DNA of 63,275 nt, the filler included, from Bigelowiella natans CCMP2755 (lineage: Eukaryota; Protista; Cercozoa): assembly GCA_000320545.1 (NCBI GenBank). It is 8 parts of 8 records of this genome, joined end to end, with 100 filler letters (N's around TTAATTAATTAA, not from the genome) between each part and the next. Parts side by side here need not be neighbours in the genome. Positions count along the whole stretch, not along the records: positions 24,109 to 37,646 come from ADNK01002280.1; positions 37,747 to 45,819 come from ADNK01000307.1; 6 more parts are not named here. The stretch is one strand, 5' to 3'. The notes below the pieces were generated by a model. The model had not been told where the DNA came from. It made no database searches and saw nothing but the letters and a program-made list of their open reading frames with translations. The translations under genes were made by a program, and so were the position numbers. Shown here one piece after another: positions 26,660 through 40,099 of this stretch (its first letter is position 1; each line of letters starts with the position of its first letter).

Positions 26660-27588
26660 ATGGCTACCGGATCGTTGTCGGCGTCGTCGTCAACCGGCCT
26701 ATCCACCTTGTTTGGCGTGCTCATTAGCACTCTCCTGCTTTCTGTACACCAAAGATTAATCACGAATAATAGGCTGCGAGCGCCAGCAGGTCGTGCATGT
26801 CGTGCATGAGCTTGACAACTCTTGATTGACCGGCCAGCATGTAAGCGCAAAGGCCAGTCTAAAAGAGCAACGAAGATCCCAGAACCCAGTGGGAGGAGAT
26901 GTCCTTTTTTTTCCCCTTCATTCTCGGCTGTAGTGTTGACAAGGCAGAAATCCCTATATTATTTCCTCTCATATTTATGTTTTCCTTGCAGCAACACTGG
27001 CCAATCGTCGCCCCACCCATAGAGCAAATGCTCCACCAGGATACCACGCTACAGGGACTCTTACATCATTCGGACGAAAAAGTCGAGAGTCACTAAAGAG
27101 TCGTGCTATCGTAGGCGACTTAGGTAAGAACAGAGATGGCGAATAATTTAAGAGCCGTAGAGGAGGCGAATACAGTTGCGAAAGGGATTATGCTTCTCGT
27201 TACTATCTTAGCGGTGTATTTTTAACAAAATATTCAATCAATAGCTGGCTGAAGTTTTACTGCAATCGTTTGCACTATTATTCCAGCTGGCGCGTTGTTT
27301 GTCCTTGTCCTGACTTTGAAGATGTTGATTGATTAGGACATATCTCCAATGAGATTGCAATCATAGCAGACCTCTTCAAGCCACCGACAAACGCAAAAGA
27401 GGTCAATATTGTTTAAATATAAGTAATAATAAAGGCAAAATTGCAGCGTGAAGCATTTCGAGTGAATCGGCTGAACTCTCCCAAAACGATTATTGCAGGA
27501 GGGACTGGGAACTGTTGCGACCCTTCTGGGTTTTGGCGGAATAAGCTTTCTGACCTTCATAGGCGTAACCTTCGCTGAGCTAATGTAG
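26660..27588 (+). CDS. Small putative plastid-targeted protein with a single C-terminal TM helix
   Basis: Leader MATGS...LSTLFGVLISTLLLSV, basic transit-like exon (RRPTHRANAPP...KSRA), ADLFKPPTNAKE, last exon EGLGTVATLLGFGGISFLTFIGVTFAELM*. Confidence 0.5.
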
Positions 27589-28049
27589 TTTTATAGTTCG
27601 TACGCAACAGATTATATGTACGATTTTGAACTTTCTGTATTTTACATGTTGGATTGGTGTAGGAAGAAGCCCCCTCCCTTGAAGTCAAGCTTTGCGACGG
27701 AGGAAGACGAGGAGGGCGGATTCTCTGGAAATAGTAAAAGCAAACGGCGACGCTCGAAAAAGAATAAATCTGGTCGCAGTAAAAAAAAGTAAAAATCTTA
27801 GCCAAGGATATGCTAGATATGATTTAGCAAACTTACAGTAGATCTAATATGTTAAATGGTAAGATCGTTTTCATGTACAAGACCTTGTTCGAAGGTTTAG
27901 ATGCCATACTAGTGATGGTGCGCTCGGGCGATGACCCCATTGTTTACATGTAATGAACCTTACTTCCCTAGTCTACAATATTTATTGCTCTACTTGGGAG
28001 ATGGTATTTGGAGGCAGGCGGATGATGGATTTGTCAATTGAAAAAAATC

Positions 28050-28435
28050 CACATCAAATGCATGCTGTGTCAAACTAGCTAGCAAGCGAGTGGTGATGAA
28101 CATGCGTTGCACCTGTCCTTCGGCTAGCGATGACTGCGCAGTCCTCCGACTAACTAGTTAATCTAGTCCTGTGGTGCAGCTTGCACCCTGTGTTCCCTAG
28201 ATCTTAGGAGTGAAACCTTCCTCGACTCAAAGCTATTTGCGTATGCATGTGTGGACCAATCTGCATCTACACTACAAGCTGGCAAGACATGCGCATAAAT
28301 TTAGGCAGTGACAACGCAGTGCATCTAGGCGCTCTAAGACTACCGGTATTGCACAGTAGTTTTGAATTCAGGCCATGCACAATCTAGCAATGAAAATTCA
28401 TCCTCTTATTGTGCACAGGACAGGTCTAGATGTTT
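28050..28435. other. Palindrome-rich 3'-3' intergenic island 3, CTAGCTAGC core at 28075-28083
   Basis: CTAG/TGCA/CATG cluster between convergent genes. Confidence 0.75.
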
Positions 28436-28562
28436 GTTTTTGTCCCATTTTTGTATGATTTTAAGGGTAATTTGATACAATACGAAGTTAAAATGTTAAA
28501 CTAGACTATATTATAAGTTCACAACTTCACATTAAACTGCTGCTACTTTGCGACTGACTGCG

Positions 28563-30533
28563 TTAGGATCCAGAATATTTATCATAGTATAGTTCTTTCT
28601 CATTCTGGCAAGAGAAACTGCGGAATGTTGGTCTTTATCAACTTTATGAAGATTGATTTCAATGGGCGAATTCAGCAAAATTCGAGCAACATCCTACATA
28701 GTACACATTTATAATTTACAATTAGTACCAAGAAGTTGCACACACTAAGATCAGATATGTAATGATGAACCGATTAAAGGCACCTTTGCATTGTTCCATG
28801 CAGCGATCATAGCTGGGGTTCGTCCGTGCTAGTTACGATATAGTACATATATGAACCCGATACGCTACGACGTACGACAATTTTTGGTTCGGAAACAAAA
28901 TTACCGCATCTTCCATGTTTACATTTGCCTTTGCCTCAACTAAGAGTTTTGCAGCGTCTGCACAATTCTGCTCGGCTGCCCACATTAGTGGCGTAATTCT
29001 CTCACCCTATGATGTAGTAATGAGTCCGATGAAGTTTTTTGAATATCATATTTACCAACATAATGATGATATTCCTTCAATACACGTCATACTTCTACAG
29101 TATGGTATTGTAGTATTTGCTTTACTTTATGCGTGTTGATATTAGCTTTCCCTTCAATGAGAAGCTTCATTGCTTCCGTATGGTTCTCAGCCGCAGCCCA
29201 CATTAATGGAGTGCCAAGCATCTAGTTACGATGTATATGTTACAATTTTTGATTTCGAAAAGAATGGAACAAATTTGTATGCTTGCCAGCGACGGATTGA
29301 ATTGAAGCATCGAATAAAGGCGATACAAAAAGAGTAATCGAAAGAGTCCAATATTCAAAAAAAAAATATGACACCGGGCCGTGAGCTTGTATATTTGCAT
29401 TTTTATCCAAAAGAAGGCTTAGCATTTTGCAGCTTCCAGTTGATGCTGCAGCAACCAACGGTGTACTGTCATTCTAACAAAAAGGCAATACTCAAAATCT
29501 GGATTACAAATAATTTTACAAAGAACCTAATTTAGAATAAACAGTTCATCAAATAAAATTTCCTTCATATTATACTGTTTAATTTGCTAAATTGCTTCGA
29601 TTATACTTCTGCTTTGACGTTAACAGAAGCTTTTGCTTCTATGAGTGTCTTCCCGATTTCAATATTGTCGAGTGACGCAGCCCACATCAGAGCGGTCATT
29701 CCTTGATCCTGCATGGGTGACAGAGATTTGAAAACATAATTACAAATTGGGATCTGTCCTATGCGCTACAATTCGGAATTTCATGATCCTGAAAACCACT
29801 AAAATTTCCGAAAAGCATTCACATGATGGAAAATATTTTACCTCATCTGCAACATCTGGTGGACATTTCTTCTCTAGAAGGCTTTCAAACCAAGTGGTAT
29901 GAACAATAACGGACATGATATAAAAATATAAGTGAAACGAGACATTTGGGCGGTAAAAAAATATAAAACAGTTGTTGGTAACATGCCATAGGTATTTAAC
30001 ACCTACCTTTTTACTTTATCTACATTCTCATCTTTTACTGCATCGATTAGGTCGTCTCCCAATTCATTTTCGACAATTTGAGATTCAGGAACATCACTTC
30101 GATTAGGTTCGATTTTATTTTGCTTTTGGCTAGATTCTACTTCTACTTTAATTGTCTTATTGTTATCAGGCTCTTCTTTGGTGACTTTTGTGTTTCCTTC
30201 GTTCATGATCTTTGTTTTGACCTCGCTTTCTTTTTCACCATCTTTATGGGTTTTGAAGTTAACTTCTCTGAGAGAGTTTATTTTAGGAAAATCCCCAAAA
30301 AATTTACAATGTAGTAAAATAATCTGCATCATTGGGAAGTAATTGAGACCTCGCAACATTTTTCGTCTTGAGTCGGGCCTTTGACTTCCCTTGTCCAACG
30401 AGAAATCAAGATTCAGAAATATGTGAATGCCAAATGTAAAGGATAGGTATAAATACACATTACCCTTTGTCCCAGACGAAGCATCCACTTCCTTCTCCAT
30501 CTTCTTCCAAAAGTCCCATGCTGACTCTAACAT
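28563..30533 (-). CDS. Ankyrin repeat protein (about 6 repeats, roughly one per exon)
   Basis: GMTALMWAASLDNIEIGKTLIEAKASVN; STPLVAAASTGSCKMLSLLLDKNANI; GTPLMWAAAENHTEAMKLLIEGKANIN; TPLMWAAEQNCADAAKLLVEAKANVN; GRTPAMIAAWNN. Confidence 0.93.
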
Positions 30534-31031
30534 CTTTGTGCAATTTGTAAATTTCCTAAACGCGTGATTTATGCGCTGGGGCCAACGATTTTTTCTACGA
30601 ACTACAAGGCAGGCGGATTCTACAAAATGCGGTGATTTTCTCCGGCTTCATTCATCTGCACTTCCGGCTGAAGGGAAAAACCACTTCCATCGTGCACTAA
30701 GTCCGTACGTGCAGGCAAGCGCGCGTTTTGTGTCATTAGTGTGACGAGCTGCAAAAGATCTGATCTTTCGGATTTGATTAAAATGCCCTATGTTCCTTAC
30801 TAAAGACAATATTTTAAGGCCAATAGTTAAATAGTCTATTTCCATCACTCGACAAATTCGACTGTCACTTAAGACGACTTCGTTTAATAGATGTCGCATT
30901 ATATGTCGATAATCCATTTTGCCAAATAATTTCTCTTGGTGCTAATTTGGCGTATTTAAGAGATATGATGGTTGTCGCAGTAACAGATTAGAAGATATTT
31001 TGTGTAATATTGAGACATTGAGTCACCATTA

Positions 31032-33715
31032 ATGCTGCGATTGTGTCTCCTCCTCCCTGTACTTCTACCTCATGGCCTCCAGACTGCGAATGTTGATGTG
31101 CAGGATATCGCCCAACCCAATACCAGCAGCCGTGATGACCATAACGTCGCCAGTTTAAAAACCAATTACATTGAGAAGAGGGTTTGTTCAATTATCAATA
31201 ATGTACTTGTTCATACATTGGCCATAACAGTGCTTTCTTGTGAAAATTAGTGCACCTCGGATAAATGTAGCTCAATAAATACAGTTGATATGGCCAGAGG
31301 AAAAAGGATTGATAATGTGTCTTTTGTGAAGGTTCGAAGAAAAAGGATTGGCAATGTATCTTTTGTAAAAGCCGAAACTATTATTGCCGAAAATACGGAG
31401 GAGGCACATGTACAGAGTCCTCAGCAAGGGAAAGCTGCTGTTATTATGTTTTTACTATGTATATCTGCCGCGGTTGGTTTCTTTGGGATTATGATGTTCA
31501 TTACGATTCAAAAATGGAGGCAGGAAGAAGCAGAGAAAGAAAAAGTATTAAGCGAATTAACATGTTCTCTACTTGTAGTTTGGGTGGGTCTTCTTGGAAT
31601 AAGCGTCGTGGTGATGTGTCTGTCCACATTCCGTACGGCACATAATGAATCCCAAACCCAGGAGTTTGAAGCTGTAATATTTTACGCGGCCGTGGCCGTT
31701 TTTATCTTTTCTTTTCTAGCTATAGCACTAACACTATCTGTTCACAAACTTGGACTCATAAAGGGATGTAGAGATGTAAAAAATAACTTCGAAATAAATG
31801 TGAAAAGCTTGAACTCACAGGAAGACATCCATAAATCAGTTCCAAATTATCTTCACGAATTAAATTTTTTGAAGTACTACAGTATGATTGGAACTATTCT
31901 TGAAGCCCATTTCTATGATCCGCCTCCAGCTGCATTAAGCATATCGGTTCTACACATTTTCTTTCTCTTTTCGTAACCATCAGTGGCTACAATGCAACAC
32001 TGAGATATTCTCAATGGAATGCTCGAAGGCAATTAAGGATCTTCCAACTAATATTTCTATACTTTTGGTGTCAACTGTTGTACATAGTCTTTGTATATTT
32101 TGTGCTAGTTCCAGTAGCTCAGCGTCACTATCATGATAAAGAAAAAGCTGACGATTTTTTAAAATCAGCAAACCAATTTTATATTTTAGAAGGGCTATCC
32201 TTTCAGGCATTTAAAATGGAAGAATTCTGGATTATGTGGTTTGGAACGCCTGCATATATTTTGTGGTAAACTATTCAAATTAGACGTGTACATATTAAAT
32301 CAGGATTTGACTTTATTTTTGTTACTGTAGGTATCTTCAAGCACTATTTTCATGGATCCTTTTAATTCCATTGTGGATGAATTTGAAGTATCCTTTATTT
32401 GCATCTATAGTTCTATCTTACTCTGTTTTGATATGCACCAATTCAATCTTCACCCCGTTGAGTACTAGTAATGCAATTAAGTTCTGGCCTTTTTTTGTCT
32501 TTGGGGCGAGTATCAAATTTTACGAAATTGACAAGAGATTTTATCATTTTTCCAAATCGGGGCTATTTGTTTATGGTAAGAAATTCTAAAATCATTGGTT
32601 TGATACTGTAAAGTTACAGTAGATTATTCCTTATTTTGTCAGCCTCGTGGATTATGGTATTTCTGTCCCTTGCGTTTTCCCTGTGGTGCCCATTCACACC
32701 TGGTGAATTTATTCTATATGCAGCAGTTGCGAATATCGGTAATCACAACAAAGGTAGAATGTAGTTACGGTGCTTACTTTGAGTTTCAATGTTTTCCTAG
32801 ACCCTTTATATGTGAGGTCGAATGACAATTCTTCATACCATTTACTCGGGTAAACCATGTACTTTAGTATGTTCTATGCGAGAGTTTCGAATATAATCCT
32901 TAAAAATAGCTGTTTTTCACAACTGAAGTATCATTCTCCCACTGTTGACTCTCAAGGTGGACAGCATTCCTAGTGTATAGTTTTGCAATCCAGACAGCCC
33001 TGTTCTCAATCGTGCCAACATTTGAAACGTCGGAACTGAGTTATTAACGAATACATTTACTTTTCTTTTAACTTCATTTAATTAACTAATTAACATGTTT
33101 GTATAATATTTATTAGGTATTTTTCACGAGCTGGCAAGTTTTCATTGGTTCTCAAATTGTACTAGTGTAAGGAGCTTTCTTCGACAATCTACTAAACAGT
33201 TTATTATCTCAGGTTGCTTTTATTCTTCACTATATGGCACTGCTAGTTTTGGGGGCAATTGGATACGATGTTCATCAAAAATCGATGCAAACTGGTATCA
33301 ATTATTGATAATAAGTTACTGACCATTTTTAGTTTTACATCCTCAGAAATGAAAAATATTTCTAGTTGGATTTTTGGAGGTTACGTTCATAGCTGTGACC
33401 GTAGGCGCATTATTAATGCATCCACCGATCGGCGCAAAGCTCAAGTAAGAAAATTGTTCACTCTTTAGTTTCATAAAAACTTAAGAACTCAGACTAGATC
33501 GTTAGACGGGTCCCTTTCTAATACCTAGTTGATATATATATTGTCTTTATTTTGACCATTTTGTTTGCATCAGGAAATTAATCTATCCACCAATGGATTG
33601 GATGTTCAATGATACAATTAAACGCAACGAGCCTCAATATTCAACTTCAGCTACCAGTCAAATACATCCATCTCATGCTACCACTTCCCAACGCTCTCGA
33701 ATTTTGCCCACTTGA
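31032..33715 (+). CDS. Polytopic membrane O-acyltransferase, acyltransferase-3 (OafA-like) family candidate
   Basis: Many TM segments; PAYILW|YLQALFSWILLIPLWMNLKYPL, FWPFFVFG and C-terminal KLIYPPMDWMF resemble bacterial Acyl_transf_3 proteins; signal-peptide-like start at 31032. Confidence 0.6.
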
Positions 33716-33924
33716 ATCGGAGTGATAAGTTTGGATCAAAGTGCTGAAGAAATTGTTAAGCACTGCTGCCTTCTATAAACTCTTTCCATATCTAGTTGTA
33801 ACGCCTTGAAGCGAATCGAAATATGCAACGTATGCATAATGCGTATGATTTCTGATTTCGTTTGAACTATTTTTCATTCTCTTGATCTTAATCAACCTTT
33901 TTTTGGTTTAGAGAGTGCTAAGTG

Positions 33925-34335
33925 TGTAGCTAGCAAGGATTTTTAGATTGCCTCAGCTAGCTAGCTAGTTAGTGAATCGTCCCACTTTTAGACTTTTCCA
34001 CTCTGAAAGTTTTTGCAAAACATCGCATGAAGTTGAAAAATGCGAAACTGGTCGCGCATTGCGACATCGATTCCAAACGTCACGCCATGCTGTTGCATGC
34101 ATGCTAGCATGATGCGCGTGGCTAGATCTCTAGATCTAGAGAGAGATCTAGAGATGGGTCACATCGAGTACACACAAGCTATCAAGCTGGTGAGCTATAC
34201 ACTAGATACACATTGCACCGCAAATTGGAATTTGCAGCGTTTGGGACAGGCTAGGGCATGATCGCACTTCTAGACTTTGCGACACAATGCCAACCATGCA
34301 CTGCTAGCAACTAGCAACTACACTGCCACAATGCA
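33925..34335. other. Palindrome-rich 3'-3' intergenic island 4, AGCTAGCTAGCTAG core at 33955-33968
   Basis: Also TGCATGCATGCTAGCATG and CTAGATCTCTAGATCTAGA; lies between the acyltransferase (+) and MSH2 (-) stops. Confidence 0.85.
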
Positions 34336-34347
34336 CTCCGAGCGATT

Positions 34348-37001
34348 TCAATCGCCAAGTCGAGCAGCCGGAATGGTCCTCTGTTTCTTGCCCATCTTCG
34401 AGGCATCCCCGCTGCTATTGATGTTGCTGGAAAGCAGTTTTTCGGCAGCACCACCAAAGTCTTCGAGTTCTTCTGCCTTTCGTTTTGCCTATGGAATTGG
34501 TTAGAATAGAGCGCTCCTTTACTTAACTCTCAAATTATTGATCAATGTGTCAACTTGACACATGAAATCAAACTTGGGGTTAATACGACACAAAACTACA
34601 GCAGTAGTGCGAACGGCGAAAAAGTTAACAGAAGACCATTGCCCTACAAATGAGCGAAACATGAAAACACGGTAATTGAAAGCAGATGTAGAAGCAACAT
34701 CTGTGAACAACAACGATTCGTACAACTCAGGGCTCATTAAACTAATCTAAGCTTGAAAAGAAATCTTCATCGCGTCGTCCTCGGTCGTGAAATGGCACTG
34801 CATGTTGTCATCACTACCACTACTATTATTATCATTGTTATTATGATTATTACTACCGAAGCGACAACTTCCTTTGGAAACTTTGCAAGCTCAGCCACGT
34901 GTATGCCAAAACTCCTATCACAAGGGCCTGTTTCGATAGGGAATTTCAATGTAAGAATAGCCAAAAAAGGAAAATTTAAAAACTCTTTGGTTGGCCATCT
35001 AGCTTCCAAGTGCGAAGAAGAACACCGTCCCCTCCCCCCCCGCCCCCCCCCTCTCCTCGCCCTCACATGCCTAAATTTGGAAGCCTTCTCTCACCGGAAT
35101 TTAGCTGGTAGAGCATCGTAATGCTGTTGTTGTCGGTGTGCGCTGTGACGTGCCGATTCACGACGCAACGGACGTTTTCCGCGAGCTTCGTGAGCTCATG
35201 GAAGTGGGTTGCGAAAAGTGTGTAGGCGCGCTTGCTCTTTGCCAGGTGCTCTGCGATCGCCCATGCGAGACCAAATCCATCGTAGGTCGAAGTACCTCTG
35301 CCTGCAAAAGGGGGGAAGGAGGGAAAGCGATGGTTGACGAGAGAGGACCATTTCACTGTGTTCTAAGGCAGCAACGACGGCACTGATTTGCAAGGTAAGG
35401 AATCAAGAGGCACGCAGATCCCTCTCTCTCTCTCTCTCTTTCTCTCTTTCGCTCGCCCTCTCTTTCCCCCCCCGCCTCCCCCCCGTCCTCACTCATCAAC
35501 CTAGCTCATCCACAATTATCAACGAGTTTTCGGATGCACTTCTAATGATGGCAGCAGCTTCTAACATCTCTTTCATAAACGTGGATACGCCTGACCACCC
35601 AAAGCAGCAAAGTATTCCAACACACTCACAAAATGGCGAAACAAGGGCAGTGTGTGTGCGGGGGGGGGAGGCAGTGCTCTGCGTGGCCGAAGTATGCACC
35701 TTTGAGCTGACTATCGCCCGCACCGACCCGAGCCAAAATGCAGTCTACGATTGAGATTTTGGCGCTGTCGCAAGGCACAAAACACCCGATTTGCGCGAGG
35801 AGAACTGACACTCCAACCTGACGAATATACGTGCTTTTCCCTCCCATATTCGGCCCTGTGATGATCTGGCAGTTAGACTCGCCTCTGACCTGTAACAGCG
35901 CAAAGAAACGAGGGGAGAGGGAGGGGAGAGGGAGGCAGTCAGAGCTTCGCTGAGTCTCATAAGCAAGGGAGCGTTGAAGACAATTCTATGGCGGAGAACA
36001 ACTTTGTGGAGATTACGAGAGCGTACACAATAAATGGCAAAAGCCTTTAAAAAAAAGTAAGGGCTGTATGTGTTTCATATTGCTTGTTGTGGGGTTTTGC
36101 GACTGTCGTCATTGTGCGTCGATGCAGGTTTGCCAACATCATTACGGGGACTGCTACTACTCCTACTGCTACTAGTAACTACTACTACTACTTTGATCAC
36201 TACTTCTATCATATCGATATGTTGGGAGGTCCTTTCGGTCGGATGCTACGACTAAATATACGTTGATACTGCTGCAATTGCTTCCTTTTTTGAATGAGCA
36301 GATAACTCCTTTCTCTATAGCTAATATTACGACTATTACCGCTGCCATCGCTATTGATGGTACAGAGGACTGTTCTTTTGCTATTACTACTACTACTACG
36401 GCTACTACCATATTGACATCATTGGCAATGAAATCAACGAAATCCTGAGCTTCAATACAAGGGTGCCTGCATCTCTGCAGGTGATAGAGAGAGGACAATG
36501 GAATCGGTAAGAAAAACGATGGATGAATGATACGGATATGTGGAAGGGAGGGGGGATATGGCAATGGAGAGGGTGTGGGGGGTTGCCCTGTGCTCATCAA
36601 AAACCGCATCGCAAAGAAAGACAACTCGGTCGGTACTATTTTCTAACAGAAATCGTCGTGTTAAATACCACTTCGATGGAGAGAAGTGCTGCTGCTGCAT
36701 CATCATCACCATCATTATCATTATCATTATCATCACCATCACCATCACCATCATCATCATCATCATCATTATCATCCTTATCATCATCGCCATCGTGCCA
36801 AGAGCTTCACCTTCATCTCAATCCTCCCTGCAGTTGCCGGAAGGATCTTTGGGCGGCAGTAGGGCTCCGCTGCGTTGACCTGCGAATAACGGACAGCAGT
36901 GTGTCACGAAATTAGAAGATATTAGGAGGGGGATATATGCACAAGACAAGGACGAAATCTAGTATAAACACAGATATTAATACACACACACACACACACA
37001 C

Positions 37002-37041
<40 letters not shown>

Positions 37042-37646
37042 GATGGCACATAGCACGTAGATATCATACCGCGACGTGCGCAAAGCTGACAAACACATCC
37101 AACCGGGCTACGATCTGTAAGAATCAATTATTACGCTTTAGAATGATGCTCATCCTCTCCTCGCTTTAGACAGCTCGACGGCATGGGCCGTCTCCTCCCC
37201 CCTCCACTTTTCCCACATCTCCCAACAGCAGTGGTAGTTGCGCCCAACATTCGCTCCCTACCCCCCCTCGTCTCCTACACACACGACGTAGATCTGTGCG
37301 TGCAGAGAGAGTGTGGTTGTGCTGCTGCTGCTACCTCAATCGCCTTCTTAATCACCGGTAGGTATGTTTCCGCAACTTCCATTCCTAAGAGCAAATCACC
37401 ACTCAGCATTATAAACACGCATGAATATGTATATATATATATATATATATTTATTTATTTATATAGATCATATCCGTACTAATTTGGACAAAATATGCTC
37501 ACTGTCATTTAAAGAACATAACTAAACGAGGGCGGATGCGATTGAATATAGCGCACAGCTGCAGGACGACCTTTATCTACGATCTTCCCTCTGCTGCTCC
37601 GTGTACAGACGCTCCGTCTCGATATACTTCTCGCTTAATTCTGTCA
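34348..37646 (-). CDS. MSH2: DNA mismatch repair protein MSH2, C-terminal ATPase half (5' part lost in gap)
   Basis: [18 protein letters not shown]; [18 protein letters not shown]; [26 protein letters not shown]; [21 protein letters not shown]; [10 protein letters not shown]; [17 protein letters not shown]; [11 protein letters not shown]. Confidence 0.97.
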
Positions 37647-37746
37647 NNNNNNNNNNNNNNNNNNNNNNNNNNNNNNNNNNNNNNNNNNNNTTAATTAATT
37701 AANNNNNNNNNNNNNNNNNNNNNNNNNNNNNNNNNNNNNNNNNNNN
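37647..37746. other. Artificial contig spacer
   Basis: N44-TTAATTAATTAA-N44. Confidence 0.99.
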
Positions 37747-38266
37747 GGAATATGCGACATTTGTTTGGAATATTACGGCAAATGGTATCCGTCTCCCGTT
37801 CGGATTGGCCTCGTCCCCATAGTCAAATACGACAACCGCAAAACCCTGTTTCCTTTTACCCGCCCCCCCTGAAGTAATTAGGATCTGTTAAGTGCGTGCG
37901 TGTGCCATTGGGGCGTCATTCGTCATCGCTACAGTCGTCGTCAATTACACATCATTCTAGCTGCGGCACCTTCATTGTTGCTGGTATCTCTGTCCCACGG
38001 TTTCCCTGCAAATGTTAGCCGATTTACCAATTTTTCTTATATTCGGCGCCGTGTTATTGTTGTCGTTGCTCCTCTCGCGTATATTCTGTATACTGGTGTG
38101 CGGCGAAGAGACATTGTGATCATCATCATGGCACTAGTCTACCAACGATTCTTTTCACGGTCGCTGGGTAGTAGGCGGTCGTCCAGCACCCACCCGCTGC
38201 TGAAGTCTCCTGTGTGTTCACAATTCGTAACCAAAATCACGCGCGGCAACGACGGAAAACATGTTA

Positions 38267-38318
<52 letters not shown>

Positions 38319-38358
38319 TTTTAGCAACCACCGCGTTATTCTATGTATTATATAATAA

Positions 38359-38406
<48 letters not shown>

Positions 38407-40097
38407 ATAGTATATAAATTAATTATGTATCATTATATATGTTTATAGAGAGGATTAACATGACGCCTGCCCCTGCCTATGTGACGAAATCTCCCACGAG
38501 CGCAGCTTTCAGCGTAAAACTTGGGCTATGTTTGGGGCACGTACGCTCACGGAGCTATTATCTTCTCTCCCTACCGACACTCCGAAAAAAAAAAGGCGAG
38601 TCTTGTTTTTCTTTGGTATATACCTTCGATCCCTTTGCACTTAGTCTTCTTCCCTTATCGTTCTCTTTCTCCAAAAACCATAATGCAATGACTTTTGACC
38701 CGACTCTCAAGCACCTTCCCGTATCGCCGCCGCCATTGCTGGTGCTGCTGCTGGTGGTGCTGCTGCTGCTCGGGTTGTTGCGATTCCGTACGTCTCTCCC
38801 AACCGCATAGTTTTGTTCTCCAAGCAGCAAGGGAATGGGGGGCTCTCCCGGAGCTGGTCGGTATCCGGATAGAAGCTTAACGCTCCGCACCTTAACATAT
38901 ACGGTAGCATGTAAGATGGTACCAACCGCAGACCGACATTACAACGGATTTTACAATGATACACCAAACTTGTTTTTAACATTATATGAAATGAACCCCC
39001 CCAGCCCCCCCTCTTGTCCTACCGGGTATATGCTCGGCGCCTTCCTTCTCGTCGTAGCAGCGGTGAACACGTCCTCGGCAGCAGCAGGGTCTGTCACTCG
39101 ACACGTATCTTCGTCCAACGCAACATCTACAACTCTGCGGTTATTATCATTTTCGGTTGTTGTCAGGTTGAGGACGCTTGAATGTGATTGGATGAGTCAC
39201 CTTACGATTATCCTGCAGCAGGGATCCTCCTTATCAGGAACAAGTGCCAGCAGATTTGGCCACCACCTGCTGCCCCACTCTGTTTCTCCCCTCTTCCGCT
39301 TTTTGCGATCTCCACCTCCGCCTCTACCAGGTCCGTGATGACTGGGGCTCTGGTTTGCTGTCTTTCTGGGCAGAAAATGATGGTGTTTTTTTGCGAGGCG
39401 GGGATGTACAACGGACTTGACATCGTGTTTCGCTGTGGCAAATCTAGCTGATGATGGGGAGGAGGAGGAGGGGGAGGAGGAAGCTGATACTGATGATGTT
39501 AAACGCTTCTCTCCCTGAAACTGCCTCGCACTGTACACGTCAGGAGAGAAAAATCTACTTGTGTCCTCCCACGGTCGTTCCTTCAGGGCTGTGGCGCGTT
39601 GGGATCGAGGCCGGCGTGACAGTTGATTGCCGCTGTCGCCGCTGGTCGCATCGAACCCATCGCTCGTGCACAAGTTGGTGGCAACATTTCCGTTCGCCTT
39701 GCCTCCAGCGAGCATCTTGCTGAATGCTTGGTGTGTGCCTTGGACGTGCAAGGCAGAGGACCAGCAGAGATGGATGCGGATGGATCCCGCTCGGTTTGGG
39801 GCGGATTGATCGAAGAATATGTCAATTTGTGTTAAATAGTTTTAGATATTTTCCGTATTAAATATTTCTGGATGGGAGGGCGGTTGACGAACGCAAATAG
39901 ATTTTTGTGCGACAAAACCGTTAAATCTGAGGGAAATATATCACTGAAACATCGACAAATTGATGACGCATGTCGACTCCCGTGCATTGAGTTCGCAGGA
40001 TTCATCCGGTTGTATGTGGAGAGGAGTACGATCGTGGTGTGTGGACAGAAGATGAAGCACGTTCGCTGAATCGCCTGCGATCACATCTGAGCTACTG
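37747..40097 (+). CDS. Hypothetical multi-exon protein, 3' portion
   Basis: GT..AG introns fit the + strand (EYATFVWNITAN|AAAPSLLL|STNDSFHGRW; ERINMTPAPAYVTKSP...; DPPYQEQVPADLATTCCPTLF...); product not recognised. Confidence 0.35.
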
Positions 40098-40099
40098 AT

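Noticed and set aside
39221-39240. DPPY motif suggesting an N6-adenine methyltransferase
   Set aside because: Isolated 4-mer at an exon start, with no SAM-binding motif or supporting context.
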